Below the pieces are notes generated by a model, which saw only the letters and a list, made by a program, of their open reading frames with translations, searched no databases and was not told the origin of the DNA. This document shows, in pieces, positions 29,587 through 40,041 of a DNA stretch of 44,222 nucleotides. The position numbers and the translations under genes were made by a program. How positions within the stretch are numbered: position 1 is the first letter of the stretch; each line of letters starts with the position of its first letter. Origin of the DNA: Pelagomonas calceolata (lineage: Eukaryota). The stretch lies in the NCBI GenBank assembly GCA_918797485.1, contig CAKKNE010000004.1:5270001-5314222 (forward strand), written 5' to 3'.

Positions 29587-32500
29587 TTAACCCGCCCGCG
29601 CCCCGCGCTCCGCCACGAGTATTGCCGCGCGCTCGTCGAGAAACTCCTTTTGCGCCTCGACGCGCCGCGTCGCCGCCTCGTAGACCGCGAGGTCGCAGGC
29701 GTTGCATTTTTCGATGGCGGCGCTCAACTCGGGCCGCAGGGTCTGGCGCGTCTCGGCGTCGGAGAAGCCCACGTTGCGGCGGACGTCGTCGTCGAACGAG
29801 AGCCACGGGAACCAGTGGTCGATGGCGCGCCGGGCCCCGGCCCAGTCCTCCTGGATTCCCACGACACATTTTCCCAGGCGCTCGACTGCCAGGCCGGCGT
29901 CCAACGAGGATGCCGCCCTCGATGTCACGTCGGCGGGCAGCGCGTCGACGGCCGCGGGCGTCCGCCCCCTATTGATCGCCAGCCCGAGCAGGTTCTTGCA
30001 GACCTGGTCGCAAAAGCCCTCGTCGCGCCACATGGAAAAGGCCGAGCCCTTAAAGGCCCCGAGCAGCCACTCAAAGTCTGACACACTCCAGTCGTTCAGC
30101 CGCCGGCCGCCGAGGTGGTCGTCGCGCTGGTAGACGCGCTCGTAGAAGAGCGAGATGGCCCGGTCAATAGGGTGCCGCACCAAACTCAAACACGGCGGCG
30201 GGTCATGTTTGGACGAGGGCAGCGCGTCCCAGACGCCCCAGTTGAAGTGGCCCGCGGTGGCCGCGAGTGCCGGGGGCGCGCCGCCCGACGCCGCCGTCGC
30301 GTTGGACAAATCAAACGCGTAGCACCGCTCGTCCTCGCGGTAGACTCCGCCGCCGTCGTAGCAGGGCACGAAGAAGCCGACGCCGCGCTTCTTCGCCGCC
30401 TGGACCAAATAGCGCCGGAGCGAGCTCCCGGCGCACTTTTCGTGGTGCAGGAACACAAAGGGCCGCTCCGGCGTCGGCGCCCGCTGCACGAGCGGCAGGC
30501 CCGCCGCGATCGCCGCCGCAGCGCCGCGGACCTCGCGCAACGCCGCGAGCGCGACGTCGGCGCACGCGCCGCGCGGTAATTTGTGATTCCGGCAAAACGC
30601 CGCGACGCGGGCCTGGACCGCCGTCGGGTGCCGCGGGAGCAACACGAGCGGCAGACTCTCGTCGTCGAGCACGACCTCGAGCTCCACGACGTCGGAAGCG
30701 CGGAACCGCCGCCAGTCGGGCACCGAGAACAACTTGGAGCGGGGCTTTGAGCTGGGCAGCGGCCCGTCGACGAGGTGCGTGATCGTCGACGCGCCGAGAC
30801 CGTCGTAGGGCCCGTCGACGTCCAATCCGAAGAACGTCTCGCTCCCCGGCAGGTCGCCCGCGTCGACGTCGCGGAGCCAGAACCGGAACACGACGCGGTC
30901 CCCCCACACGACGCCCGCGTCCACCGTCGAGAACTCGTTGAAGAGGTTCGCGGAAAAGCACGCCACGTCCGTGTTCGGGTCCGCGGCCGCCGCCGGCGTG
31001 AGGCAGAGCTCGACGCGCCCCGCGTCGACCCGCGCCAGGAACTCGCGCTCCCGGGCGTCGGGCGGCGCGCCGTCGTCGCTCAGGACGACCTCCACGACGA
31101 AGCGCACGCGCGCGAGCGCGTCGGCCTCGACGTCGCCGACGCCGGCGCCGCCGTGGTCGGCCACCACGACCTCCACGGTGCCGGCCTCGACGCGCGCGTC
31201 CGTGACGTGGACGCGCGGCGTCACCAGGTCTTCCGGGTGTAATGGCGGCGGCGGCGGCGCGCGGAACGTCGCAGACGTGACGTCGTCGGCGAGCGCCGCC
31301 CGAAGCCCCGCCTCGAACGTCGCAACGGGGACGGCAAAATCCGCGTCCTTGGCGTGCCAGGGCCCCTGCCGCGCCGCGCGCCGCGCCCACCGCACGCGCC
31401 GGCCCGCGTCGTCGCCCGCGGCGCAGACGCGCACGACCGCGTGGCCGAGCAGGTAGGCTTGGCGCTCAAAGTGCCAGCTCTCGTCGCACCACTTGGGCAT
31501 CGGCAGCATGAGGACCACGGCGGCGTCCGGCAGGAACAGCACGTTGTGCAACGCCGACCCGTACTGCGCGACCAGCAGCGCGCAGTCCCCGAAGAGCTCG
31601 AGCTGCTCGCTGAACCCGATATCTTCCAGCGCGACCGCTCGGAAGCGCAGCCCCGCCGCCGTCGCCGCTAGCGCCGTCGCGTCCTTCAGCGCGTCGCCGT
31701 TCAGCAGCTCGCGCTGGCCCTTGCGCTCGACGAAGACGACCGTTTTGGGTGGGCGCGTCACGTCGTGCCGCAGGCCGTCGCGGAGGAATTGCCGAAATCG
31801 TCGGTACCGCCGGACCTCGCTCGCGTCCGGCGCCGCGGCCGTGCGGTTGGCCTCGCGCGCGTCGTGGCCGCGCGCGTAGTACGCGTCCGTGATGTCGAGC
31901 TCCACGGCCGCGCTCGGCAGGCAGAGGCGGCCCGGCAGGCCGTCGAGGGCGTCCTTCGTGTGGATCGGGTGGCGCGTGAACAGCCGCAGCAGCGCGAAGG
32001 GCGTGTCCCCGTAGATCGCGTCCATGAGCCGCCGGTGGAGCGACCGGCGCTCGACGTGGACCTGGATGCTGATGCGCGTCCGCGCGGGGTCCACGGCGCC
32101 GCCGCCGCTCCGCTCCGCGTCGTAAAACAGCGGCTCGAGCACGTCCACGAGGAGGTGGCCGACCTGCGTCGTCAGCAGGTTGAGCACGTAGAGCCGCTCC
32201 GCGAACGCGACGTGGCACTTTGCCGCCGCGTAGGGCTCGTCGACGACGACGCCCCGGCTGGCGTCGCCGCCGTCGTGGAAGAAGAGGCCCCACTTGCTCG
32301 CGCCCAGCAGCCGGTCCCGCGGCGGCTCCGGCCCGCGCGCCGTGGCCGTCGCGCCGCGGAACAGCGCGCCGCTGGGATCGTGGAGAAGGAACGTGCCACC
32401 TTCGTAGCTCGCCCAGCGCAGGTCCGCCCACGTCTGCGCGTGCGGCACGGTGTCGCGGCTGCCCACCGCCACCGCGGTCGTCGACGGCGCCGCGGCGTCG

Positions 32501-32691
32501 CAGCCGTGGCGCGGCGTCGACGAGCCGAGCAGCCGCCGCTGCATGGCCGCCTCGCAGGCCCACAGGTCGCGCGGCGCCGCGGTGGCGCACCAGTCCTCTC
32601 CCTCGGTGCCTGTATCGTCGGGCGGCGGGCCGCATTGGAGCTGGGCTGCCGCGAGCGCAGCGATGCTGGACAGCACGAGACGGTGCCGCAT
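29587..32691 (-). CDS. Secreted/Golgi GT61-family glycosyltransferase fused to a C-terminal sulfotransferase domain
   Basis: Signal peptide. GT61 motifs VGHLLVDVL, VFVERKGQRELLN, IGFSEQLELF..CALLVAQYGSALHNVLFLP. Sulfotransferase PAPS motifs FLHHEKCAGSSLR and VRHPIDRAISLFY, then NACDLAVYE. Confidence 0.85.
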   Translation of the reverse strand: MRHRLVLSSIAALAAAQLQCGPPPDDTGTEGEDWCATAAPRDLWACEAAMQRRLLGSSTPRHGCDAAAPSTTAVAVGSRDTVPHAQTWADLRWASYEGGTFLLHDPSGALFRGATATARGPEPPRDRLLGASKWGLFFHDGGDASRGVVVDEPYAAAKCHVAFAERLYVLNLLTTQVGHLLVDVLEPLFYDAERSGGGAVDPARTRISIQVHVERRSLHRRLMDAIYGDTPFALLRLFTRHPIHTKDALDGLPGRLCLPSAAVELDITDAYYARGHDAREANRTAAAPDASEVRRYRRFRQFLRDGLRHDVTRPPKTVVFVERKGQRELLNGDALKDATALAATAAGLRFRAVALEDIGFSEQLELFGDCALLVAQYGSALHNVLFLPDAAVVLMLPMPKWCDESWHFERQAYLLGHAVVRVCAAGDDAGRRVRWARRAARQGPWHAKDADFAVPVATFEAGLRAALADDVTSATFRAPPPPPLHPEDLVTPRVHVTDARVEAGTVEVVVADHGGAGVGDVEADALARVRFVVEVVLSDDGAPPDAREREFLARVDAGRVELCLTPAAAADPNTDVACFSANLFNEFSTVDAGVVWGDRVVFRFWLRDVDAGDLPGSETFFGLDVDGPYDGLGASTITHLVDGPLPSSKPRSKLFSVPDWRRFRASDVVELEVVLDDESLPLVLLPRHPTAVQARVAAFCRNHKLPRGACADVALAALREVRGAAAAIAAGLPLVQRAPTPERPFVFLHHEKCAGSSLRRYLVQAAKKRGVGFFVPCYDGGGVYREDERCYAFDLSNATAASGGAPPALAATAGHFNWGVWDALPSSKHDPPPCLSLVRHPIDRAISLFYERVYQRDDHLGGRRLNDWSVSDFEWLLGAFKGSAFSMWRDEGFCDQVCKNLLGLAINRGRTPAAVDALPADVTSRAASSLDAGLAVERLGKCVVGIQEDWAGARRAIDHWFPWLSFDDDVRRNVGFSDAETRQTLRPELSAAIEKCNACDLAVYEAATRRVEAQKEFLDERAAILVAERGARAG

Positions 32692-33103
32692 CGCTGCTAT
32701 CCCATCGCTGCGCTATCACTGGCTCTCACTTTGCAGGCTGCCCATTGCATCGTGCCGCGGCGCCGGCGAGCCGCTTTTGTTGGCAACGAACGCAAGAGCC
32801 ATCGTTTACTGTCTCCAGGTGTGAGGTGGAAAATGAGGACTGCTTGGTAACCAAAACACCGGCCCTCGATCGAGACCAGCTCCAGAGACTGTCCGTCCGT
32901 CCGCTCTCGCGCCGCGCGCACCGCGAAGCAGCGAGATAGCTCGCCGAGGAGCGCTGCGCGAGAGTACTGCTCGCTCGTGGAGAGAGCCTGTGCGCTGCGG
33001 CTCGGTGTACCGCACGGCTAATAGCGCGGAACAGCGGCAAACGTGCCCGGACGGCCTTTTTACAGTGCCGCGGCCTTTTACAGTGCGCGCGGCCCTGCGC
33101 GAG

Positions 33104-34918
33104 ATGAGCGACGTCGCCATGGAGCTCCTGTCGGTGACGCTGACCCGCGCGCCGCTCGGTCTGAAGTTGGACGCGTACGGTTTCCTCGCGGCGGTGCTCG
33201 ACACGGCCGAGGACGCGACGCGCCGCGCGCTGCGGCCCTGCGACGAGCTCATTGGTATTAACGGGACGCTCTACGACGACATTCCCACGGAGTCGACGCC
33301 CGACGCGGCCGCGGAATTATGTGACCTCGTCGGCGAGTACGTCGAGGCGGGCGCCTTCCCGCTCACGCTGACGTTTCGGCGCGACCCGTCTCTCATGTGC
33401 CAACCCGTCGCCGCGTGCTTCGAGCGCCGCTCGGTCGCGCCGCCGCGCCGCTCGTCGTCGGCCGGGCCGCGCCGCCGCCGCACGTGGCGCTCGACGCGGA
33501 GCCCGAAGCGCCGCCGGACGCTCACCTCGTCTCCTTCGCCGATCTACGCGTCTCAGACGTCGTCGTCGTCGCTGTCGTCCGTGCGGCCGCCGGGCGAAGA
33601 TGAGTTGGTCTTCGAGTCGCCCGAAGCTGCCTTCGCGCCGCCAGACGACGACGCGGCGCCGGCCTTCGCGCCACCCCCGGACGACGACGCGGCGCCGGCG
33701 TTTGCACCACCTCCAGACGACGCCGCAGCGGCACCACCCCCGGACGACGCGCCGCCGGAAGGTATCTCCGAGCCGGCCGTCGCGCCGGACGCCGCCGTCG
33801 AGGAGGCGCCAGTCGTCACGACGACGCGGCGGCGCAAGAAGCCCCGACGGTACGCCGAGGTGCCCGACGCACCAGCGAGCCGCTGGGCCGAGGGCTCGGC
33901 GGTGACGCCGGCTCCGATCACGCCGGCCGCGCCTCCGCCAATTACGCCCGCGGCGCCGGCCGCGCCCGTGCCACCGGTCACGCTATCCGCGGGCGCCGCG
34001 CCTCCACCGCGCACGCCTGCCGCGCCGGTCTCCGGAGCCGCGGCCGCGGCCGCAGGCCCGACGGTCTTCACGAAGCGGCAGATCCTGGCGCTCATGCCCG
34101 GCGGGACCGGTAGCATTGTACCCGCGGTGTACGCGGCGAGCGGTACTATCTACGCGCTCTGCTTCTCCGAGGCAGCGAACCCGGGCCTGCCGACCGTGCT
34201 CGAGATCTCCGCGGGCGCGCAACGGGCCCGCCAGGTCGCCCTGCTCGACGGACTCCGGCAGAGCGGTGGCGTCGCGCCGCTCTTCGTCTGCCTTCGAACG
34301 CGGCGCGGGCGCCTCGAGTGCATGCCCGGCTCGTCGTGCAAGGCGTTCCGGTTCGCGGGATACCGCGCGGTGGTCTCCGTCGAGCGGCACGACCCGCCGA
34401 AGCTCGTCGGCGGAGAAGGGCGGCAGGCGACCGTGACGCTGGGCGCAGCGACTGCCGCGCCCTGCCCGCTCACCGCGACACCGGCCGCGGCACCTCCAGC
34501 TACGCCCGCCGCGCCGCCGCCAGTCCTGTCGCCGGTCACGTCGCCAAGAAGGGCCTCTCCGTTTCTCCCGCCGGCTCCGTCGCCGGCCGCCGCGTTCGCC
34601 TCTCCGGCCGCGCTGTCGCCGGCGCCGCCTCCAGCGGTCCCGGGTCCGACGCGGCGACGAGTTATACCGCGGCGCTACGCGGACGTCCCAGACGCGCCCG
34701 CGAGCCGCTGGGCCGAGCCGCCCGCCGCCGCGACGGCTCCGGCGGGGCCGTCCTCCTCCACCGCCGCGCCGGCGCCGGCGGAGCCGTCCTCCTCCACGGA
34801 CGACGGCTCGGACGACTCGGACGACGACAGCTCGCTGGAGGACAACCTCCCGCCCCTGCCCGAGCCGGACCGCGTCTCCTCCGCGAGCACGATCTCGGCG
34901 GTAGAGGTCGGTCTATGA
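33104..34918 (+). CDS. Pro/Ala-rich protein with an N-terminal PDZ-like domain and a central globular (SRA-like?) domain
   Basis: PLGLKL...LRPCDELIGING...PLTLTFRR is PDZ-like. Internal repeats DDDAAPAFAPP and 2 x PRRYA[ED]VPDAPASRWAE. Confidence 0.6.
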   Translation: MSDVAMELLSVTLTRAPLGLKLDAYGFLAAVLDTAEDATRRALRPCDELIGINGTLYDDIPTESTPDAAAELCDLVGEYVEAGAFPLTLTFRRDPSLMCQPVAACFERRSVAPPRRSSSAGPRRRRTWRSTRSPKRRRTLTSSPSPIYASQTSSSSLSSVRPPGEDELVFESPEAAFAPPDDDAAPAFAPPPDDDAAPAFAPPPDDAAAAPPPDDAPPEGISEPAVAPDAAVEEAPVVTTTRRRKKPRRYAEVPDAPASRWAEGSAVTPAPITPAAPPPITPAAPAAPVPPVTLSAGAAPPPRTPAAPVSGAAAAAAGPTVFTKRQILALMPGGTGSIVPAVYAASGTIYALCFSEAANPGLPTVLEISAGAQRARQVALLDGLRQSGGVAPLFVCLRTRRGRLECMPGSSCKAFRFAGYRAVVSVERHDPPKLVGGEGRQATVTLGAATAAPCPLTATPAAAPPATPAAPPPVLSPVTSPRRASPFLPPAPSPAAAFASPAALSPAPPPAVPGPTRRRVIPRRYADVPDAPASRWAEPPAAATAPAGPSSSTAAPAPAEPSSSTDDGSDDSDDDSSLEDNLPPLPEPDRVSSASTISAVEVGL

Positions 34919-34941
34919 CTGCCTAAAGTTACTTACTAGAC

Positions 34942-35736
34942 TCATGGCGGCTCGACGTGCTTGAAGCGGCACCGGTCGCCGTGCTGACAAAAGCCCGTCA
35001 TGGAGTAGACGTTGCACGGCTGCTCCTTCTTCATGGAGACCACGAGCCACGCCGAAGGATTTTTGATAGACGCACGCTTGCGTATGACCGTGTCGAGGAG
35101 GTCCTTGATAATGTCCTTCGGGAACTTCGACAATATAATAAGCTTCTCGACGAAGTCCTTCGCCAGCTCGTCGTCCATCGAGGCGATAAAGGACGGCAGC
35201 GCCGGATTGTCCATGCCGAGGCTCGCGAGGTAGACCTCGATCTCACTCTTCGGCCGCGCGGGCGGCGCCGGCGCCGCCGGCTGCGCTCGCGGGTCGTGGC
35301 GGTCGCGGTAGCCGTCCCGCGAGCGCGGGCGGGCGTAGTAGTCGTCCCGCTCGTCGCCTCGCGACCGCGACCGCCGCTCATAGCGGTCGCCTCGCGACCG
35401 CGACCTTCGCGCGTAGCGCCGGTCGTCGCCTCGCGACCGCGACCTCCGCTCGTAGCGCCGGTCGTCGCCTCGCGACCGCGACCTCCGCTCGTAGCGCCGG
35501 TCGTCGCCTCGCGAACTCCGCTCGTAGCGCCGGTCGTCGCCTCGCGAACTCCGCTCGTAGCGCCGCTCGTCGCGGCTCCGCGGTCGCTCGCGGTCGTGGC
35601 CGCGCCGCGAGTCGCGCGGGCTCCGCGATCGAGCGTAGCGCTCGCGGCTCGATCGCCGCCGCCTGTCGTCATCACGATAGTCGCGGCGGTCCCGCCCATA
35701 GCTTCTGTCGTCCTCGCGCCGCTGCGCATCAGCCAT
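34942..35736 (-). CDS. RS/RD-rich protein with a C-terminal CCCH zinc finger (likely RNA-binding)
   Basis: Repeats of RYERRSRSRGDD; CNVYSMTGFCQHGDRCRFKH (C-x8-C-x5-C-x3-H). Confidence 0.8.
   Translation of the reverse strand: MADAQRREDDRSYGRDRRDYRDDDRRRRSSRERYARSRSPRDSRRGHDRERPRSRDERRYERSSRGDDRRYERSSRGDDRRYERRSRSRGDDRRYERRSRSRGDDRRYARRSRSRGDRYERRSRSRGDERDDYYARPRSRDGYRDRHDPRAQPAAPAPPARPKSEIEVYLASLGMDNPALPSFIASMDDELAKDFVEKLIILSKFPKDIIKDLLDTVIRKRASIKNPSAWLVVSMKKEQPCNVYSMTGFCQHGDRCRFKHVEPP
35350..35580. repeat. Coding minisatellite (27-33-bp units) encoding RS repeats
   Basis: Repeated GTCGTCGCCTCGCGACCGCGACCTCCGCTCGTAGCGCCG and shorter variants. Confidence 0.85.
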
Positions 35737-36093
35737 GCTGCCAAGGCTTGCAGCTTATGCTTGCCTGACGCTGCAGCGTGCGCGTTTGACGATTCGCAGA
35801 ATAAAAGGTTGCTATAATCAACACCAAGCCCCCCCAAAAAGCAGCCCTGCGCTGTGTTTACGCTTCGGGCCGTAGGTGCTAGCGTCCTGTAAGATACTAG
35901 AAGCACAAAAAAAAGCGCATGCTTTTATCGGCAGGCAGACCTGCTCCTCTCTCCAAGCACACGCGTTGGATTCACTCGAAAGTATCAGATTGCAGCAGAG
36001 CGACGCTACGCCCGGCGTTAGACGCCGATAGACGCTGCCTCCTCGCGCTGTCAGGAGAAACATCGGAGAGGGGTTACGCGACGCGGCGCAAAG

Positions 36094-37410
36094 ATGGACG
36101 ATTTTTTGACGTCCAGTTCGATGGACAAACACAACGAGCAGCTGCTGGCGGGCCTCTCCGCACCCGTCGCGCCGGCGAAGAAGCCCGCGATGATGGCGCC
36201 GCCCATGGCGCCGCCGCCGCAGCAGCCGTACGGCATGATGGCGCCGCCGCCGGCTCAGCCCTACGGGTACGGCGCGCCCGCGGCCTATGGCGCGCCGCCG
36301 CCCCAACCGTACGGGATGCCCGCCGCGCCGCCGCCGGCCGCGCCGGCGCCCGTCTGGCCGCCCGCGGGGGCGAGCCAGGTGCCCCAGGCCGGGCCGACGT
36401 ACACGTCCTACCAGAAACCGACGGCGCCGCCGCCGGCCGCGCCGGCGGACCCGCGGCTCGCGGGCTACGCCGCGCCGGCGCAGGCGGGCACCGGATCAAT
36501 GGGCTACGCCGCGCCGGCGCAGGCGCAGAGCCAGGCGAGCGGCGATATGCTCGGCGGCTACGACGACGACTTTTTCTCGGTCGGCGGGTCCACGTCCCAG
36601 GCGTCGCAGCCGGCGCGACGGGGATCCGCCATGTCGGTGGCCTCCGAGTACACCGAGGACGGCGGCAACGAGCAGCTGACGCTGCAGCAGCCGGAGTCGA
36701 CGGGGTCGCTGCCGAAATACACCGTGTCCTTCGACAGCGAGACGAAGCTCGGCATGCTGCTGGAGCGGCGCGCGGCCTTCACGCCGGGCGCGACGTCCGA
36801 GCAGAAGAAGGCGCGGCCCGAGCAGACCGTCGTGACCATGGTCATCGAGGGCGGCGCGGCCGCGCAGAAAGGCGTCGCCGTCGGCTCGCGCCTCCTGCTG
36901 ATAAACGGCCAGGACGCGACGGCCCTGCCCTACGCGCGGTGCCTCGAGATGGTCAAGTCGCTGCCGCGGCCGCTCCACCTAGTGTTCGAAAAGTCCATGG
37001 CGGCCTGCGACTCGGCCAAGGGCTGGGTGCTCGTGAAAAAGTCCGCGGGGTCGGGCCCGCCGTCGTCGATGGCCGGCTGGCAGCGCATGTTCTTCGTCGT
37101 CGGCGGCGCGGTCGCGAAGCGCCACGTGCTCCAGCTGTACTCCTCGAAGGCGCAGTACGAGGACATTGTCGTGCGCATGTTCCAGGGCCAGCCGCTGACG
37201 GGCATGAAGTACAAGGCCTACGCTTTAAGCGGGACATTCAAGTGCTCGGCGATCCAGTCCAAGGTGTACAAGGGCGAGCACCAGCCGGTCAAGTACTTCG
37301 CGTTGCGGAACCCCTACTCTCGGACGAAGACGATGAAATTCGCCTCGCAGAACCCGTCCATCGTCGCCGCGCTCCACAACCACGTCATGCGCTTCGCGAC
37401 GAAGGGCTAG
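36094..37410 (+). CDS. Pro-rich N-terminus + PDZ + PH-like domain protein
   Basis: KLGMLLE...VIEGGAAAQKGVAVGSRLLLING..LPRPLHLVF is PDZ. KGWVLVKK..GWQRMFFVV...LQLYSS is PH-like. Confidence 0.8.
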   Translation: MDDFLTSSSMDKHNEQLLAGLSAPVAPAKKPAMMAPPMAPPPQQPYGMMAPPPAQPYGYGAPAAYGAPPPQPYGMPAAPPPAAPAPVWPPAGASQVPQAGPTYTSYQKPTAPPPAAPADPRLAGYAAPAQAGTGSMGYAAPAQAQSQASGDMLGGYDDDFFSVGGSTSQASQPARRGSAMSVASEYTEDGGNEQLTLQQPESTGSLPKYTVSFDSETKLGMLLERRAAFTPGATSEQKKARPEQTVVTMVIEGGAAAQKGVAVGSRLLLINGQDATALPYARCLEMVKSLPRPLHLVFEKSMAACDSAKGWVLVKKSAGSGPPSSMAGWQRMFFVVGGAVAKRHVLQLYSSKAQYEDIVVRMFQGQPLTGMKYKAYALSGTFKCSAIQSKVYKGEHQPVKYFALRNPYSRTKTMKFASQNPSIVAALHNHVMRFATKG

Positions 37411-37629
37411 GCGTTTTGGAGTCCCCCTTCCCCGCCCCTTTAACATCATCTCCTGTTCTCTGTCCCGCTGCGGGTACGGTTCAATACAGCCCGGCGAGGC
37501 GACCGAATGCGTCCTGTGGGAAGATGTTATGAAAGACGCGGCCCGGGCCGCGCCCGCTGCCTGTCGAAGCGGGACGTGTCTCCCCTAGTTCTAACACCAT
37601 GAAAGGACGAGCGGCAGTTTAAACTGCAG

Positions 37630-39693
37630 CTAGTACTCCCACTCGTCCTCGTCCTCGTCAGGAACGCTGCGCCGATCCACAAGTCCGAAAAACTCCGCTG
37701 CCCGCGCGCCCTCCGCCGAGAAGCCGACGTCGTCGCGCGCCGCCCGCCGCAGGCGCGCCAGCGTCGCGCCGTCGACGACGTCGCCGAGGCCGTCGGGCCG
37801 GTAGCCCGCCACGCGCATGCGCGCGAGCACGCCGAGCGCCACGCGGGCCGCGTCGCGCTGCGGCGGCGGATCGTCGGGCCGGCCGACGCAGGCACGCAGC
37901 GCCGTCCGGAACGTGACCTCGTTGGCGTCGGCGCAGCGCGACAGCAGCCCGAGCGCGAACCGGGCGCGCGCCGCGGGGTCGTCGCGCCGCCGCCGCTTCG
38001 GCTCGACGCAGCAGGCCTTGATGGCCGTCGTGAACGAGAAGACGTCGGGCCGCACTTTCGGGGAGGGGTCCGCGACCATTTCGTCCAATAGCTCCGCCGC
38101 GCGCTGGTAGGCGCCGTCGCGCGCGCACAGTCTCAAAACGATATTGTACGTGACGGCGTCGTACGGCACGCCGTTCCTATCGAACTCGTCGAGAAGCTGG
38201 AGCGCGTCGGTCGACCTGCCCGCCGCCTCGAAGGCGTCCAGGACCGCGTTGTACAGCACCGTCTTCGGCCAGGCGCCGGCCTCGCGCGCGGCGCGCTTCT
38301 TCGCCACCTCGAGCACCTGTCGCGCCGCGTTGGGCCGCATGGACCGCGCGCAGGCGCCCGCCGCCGTCACGGCGCACCGCTCGAAGTGGGCCTCGCGCTC
38401 GTCGTCGCCGTCGGCCGCGTCGTCGGCCGCCTGCGTCGCGAGCGCGACGGCTATTTTCGCGAACCTGTCACGCGCCGCGTCGCCTTCTTCCATCTTCGCG
38501 GCGCGCTTCAGGCTGTCGAGGACGGCCACGACGCCCTCCCTCGCGTAGTCCGGCTCCCACGGCTCGTTCCGTCCCTTCTTCTTGACAGCCGCCTGGAGCC
38601 TGGCGAGGTTCGCCAGCGCCAGGTCCGGCCGCCCGGCGTAGCGATTCGCGTTGACGGCCGCGGCGAGTCCCTTCGGCGTGGGCTCCTGTCCCTTGGCGCG
38701 CATCGCCGCCATGACGCGGTCGGGCCCCTCGGCGTCGGCGCGGCGCAGCCGGCCGCGGCGCTTCGACGCGTCGACGGCGAGGCGCTCGGCGGCAAACAGC
38801 GCCAGGTTCCAGTCGCGCCCGTCAACGGTGACGTCGTCGCGGCCCTCCATCTCGTCGAGGAGCGCGATGGCCCGGCGCCACTGGCAGGCGCCGACGCAGT
38901 GCTTCAGCAACGAGCGGTAGAGCGGTCCGTCCGGCTTTTCCGGGAAGACGCCGCGCGTGCGCGCCTCGGCCGCCAATCGGTCGGCGTCGCGCGGCCGCTT
39001 CGAGCGCGCGTACGCCTCGAGCGCCAGCTTCCAGGCGCCGACGCCCGCCGGGCGACCGCAAGCCTCGCAGTCCGCCAGCACCCTCGCGGCGTCGTCGCAG
39101 GCCGCCGCGCGGGAGAAGACCCGCAGCGCGCGCGTCGCGTCGTCCTCCTCGGGGGCGGCGCCGCCGAGCGCGGCGACTAGTTCGGCCCAGGCGGTAGCGG
39201 CCGGGCCGGGCGCCCGGGCCGCCTTCAGCGCGCGCCTAGCGGACTCGGCCGCGTCGTCTGCGTCGTCGTCGTCCTCTGCAAAGAAGGCGTCGAGCTGCGC
39301 CGCGAACGCGGTGTCGTCGTCCGCCTCGGCGTCGGGGGCTATGAGCTCTTCTTCGGAGAACGCGGCGTCGTCGTCCGCCTCGGCGTCGGGGGCTATGAGT
39401 TCTTCTTCGTCGAACGCGGCGTCGTCGTCGGCTGCGAGTGCGGCGTCGAGATCGATTGCGTCAGCATCCGTCCCGGCGTCTGACGGTGCGTCGGCCAGGT
39501 GCTCTCGCAACCGCTCGCGCAAGACGTCCGTCGCGCCGCGCGCCGGGAGGCCGCGCTCTTTGCACGCCGCCTGCAGCTCTCTGAAGCTGAGTGCGTCAAC
39601 GTCTTCTACGACGGCTTGCAGGCCTCGTATCGCCGGCACGGAGCGCTGTGGCACAAAGGCCAGCGCTGCACTCAAGAGCAACCAGAGATGCAT
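37630..39693 (-). CDS. Plastid-targeted pentatricopeptide-repeat protein with a SAP domain
   Basis: Presequence MHLWLLLSAALAFVP. SAP LSFRELQAACKERGLPARGATDVLRERL. PPRs LYNAVLDAF, DAVTYNIVLRLCAR, PDVFSFTTAIKAC, NEVTFRTALRAC. Confidence 0.88.
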   Translation of the reverse strand: MHLWLLLSAALAFVPQRSVPAIRGLQAVVEDVDALSFRELQAACKERGLPARGATDVLRERLREHLADAPSDAGTDADAIDLDAALAADDDAAFDEEELIAPDAEADDDAAFSEEELIAPDAEADDDTAFAAQLDAFFAEDDDDADDAAESARRALKAARAPGPAATAWAELVAALGGAAPEEDDATRALRVFSRAAACDDAARVLADCEACGRPAGVGAWKLALEAYARSKRPRDADRLAAEARTRGVFPEKPDGPLYRSLLKHCVGACQWRRAIALLDEMEGRDDVTVDGRDWNLALFAAERLAVDASKRRGRLRRADAEGPDRVMAAMRAKGQEPTPKGLAAAVNANRYAGRPDLALANLARLQAAVKKKGRNEPWEPDYAREGVVAVLDSLKRAAKMEEGDAARDRFAKIAVALATQAADDAADGDDEREAHFERCAVTAAGACARSMRPNAARQVLEVAKKRAAREAGAWPKTVLYNAVLDAFEAAGRSTDALQLLDEFDRNGVPYDAVTYNIVLRLCARDGAYQRAAELLDEMVADPSPKVRPDVFSFTTAIKACCVEPKRRRRDDPAARARFALGLLSRCADANEVTFRTALRACVGRPDDPPPQRDAARVALGVLARMRVAGYRPDGLGDVVDGATLARLRRAARDDVGFSAEGARAAEFFGLVDRRSVPDEDEDEWEY

Positions 39694-40041
39694 GCGTGTT
39701 GCACGCGTCTTTTGGCAGCTCAGTGGCTGCAGGAGCAACAGTTCTGATTTAGAATCAACACTTCAGTGGACTCTTGCACTCGTTGCACCGAGGCCCTCGT
39801 ACGCGTCACACAATAATCAAGAGCTCATGAAACTAGTATCTCCATACACTAGCTCTTGGTTCAATAAGTGGCTCGCTCTCTCTCACGAGGCGGGGAGGGG
39901 TCCCGCAAAACCGCGCGAACACCGTCGGTTAAATTGAGGCTAGGCTAGAGAAAGGGGACAGCCCATTTTCGGAACAGACCGCGAAGATGAGGGAGGTAAT
40001 GGAACGACGGCTTCTTTTCGTTGTGGCGCCACGCCGGAAAT

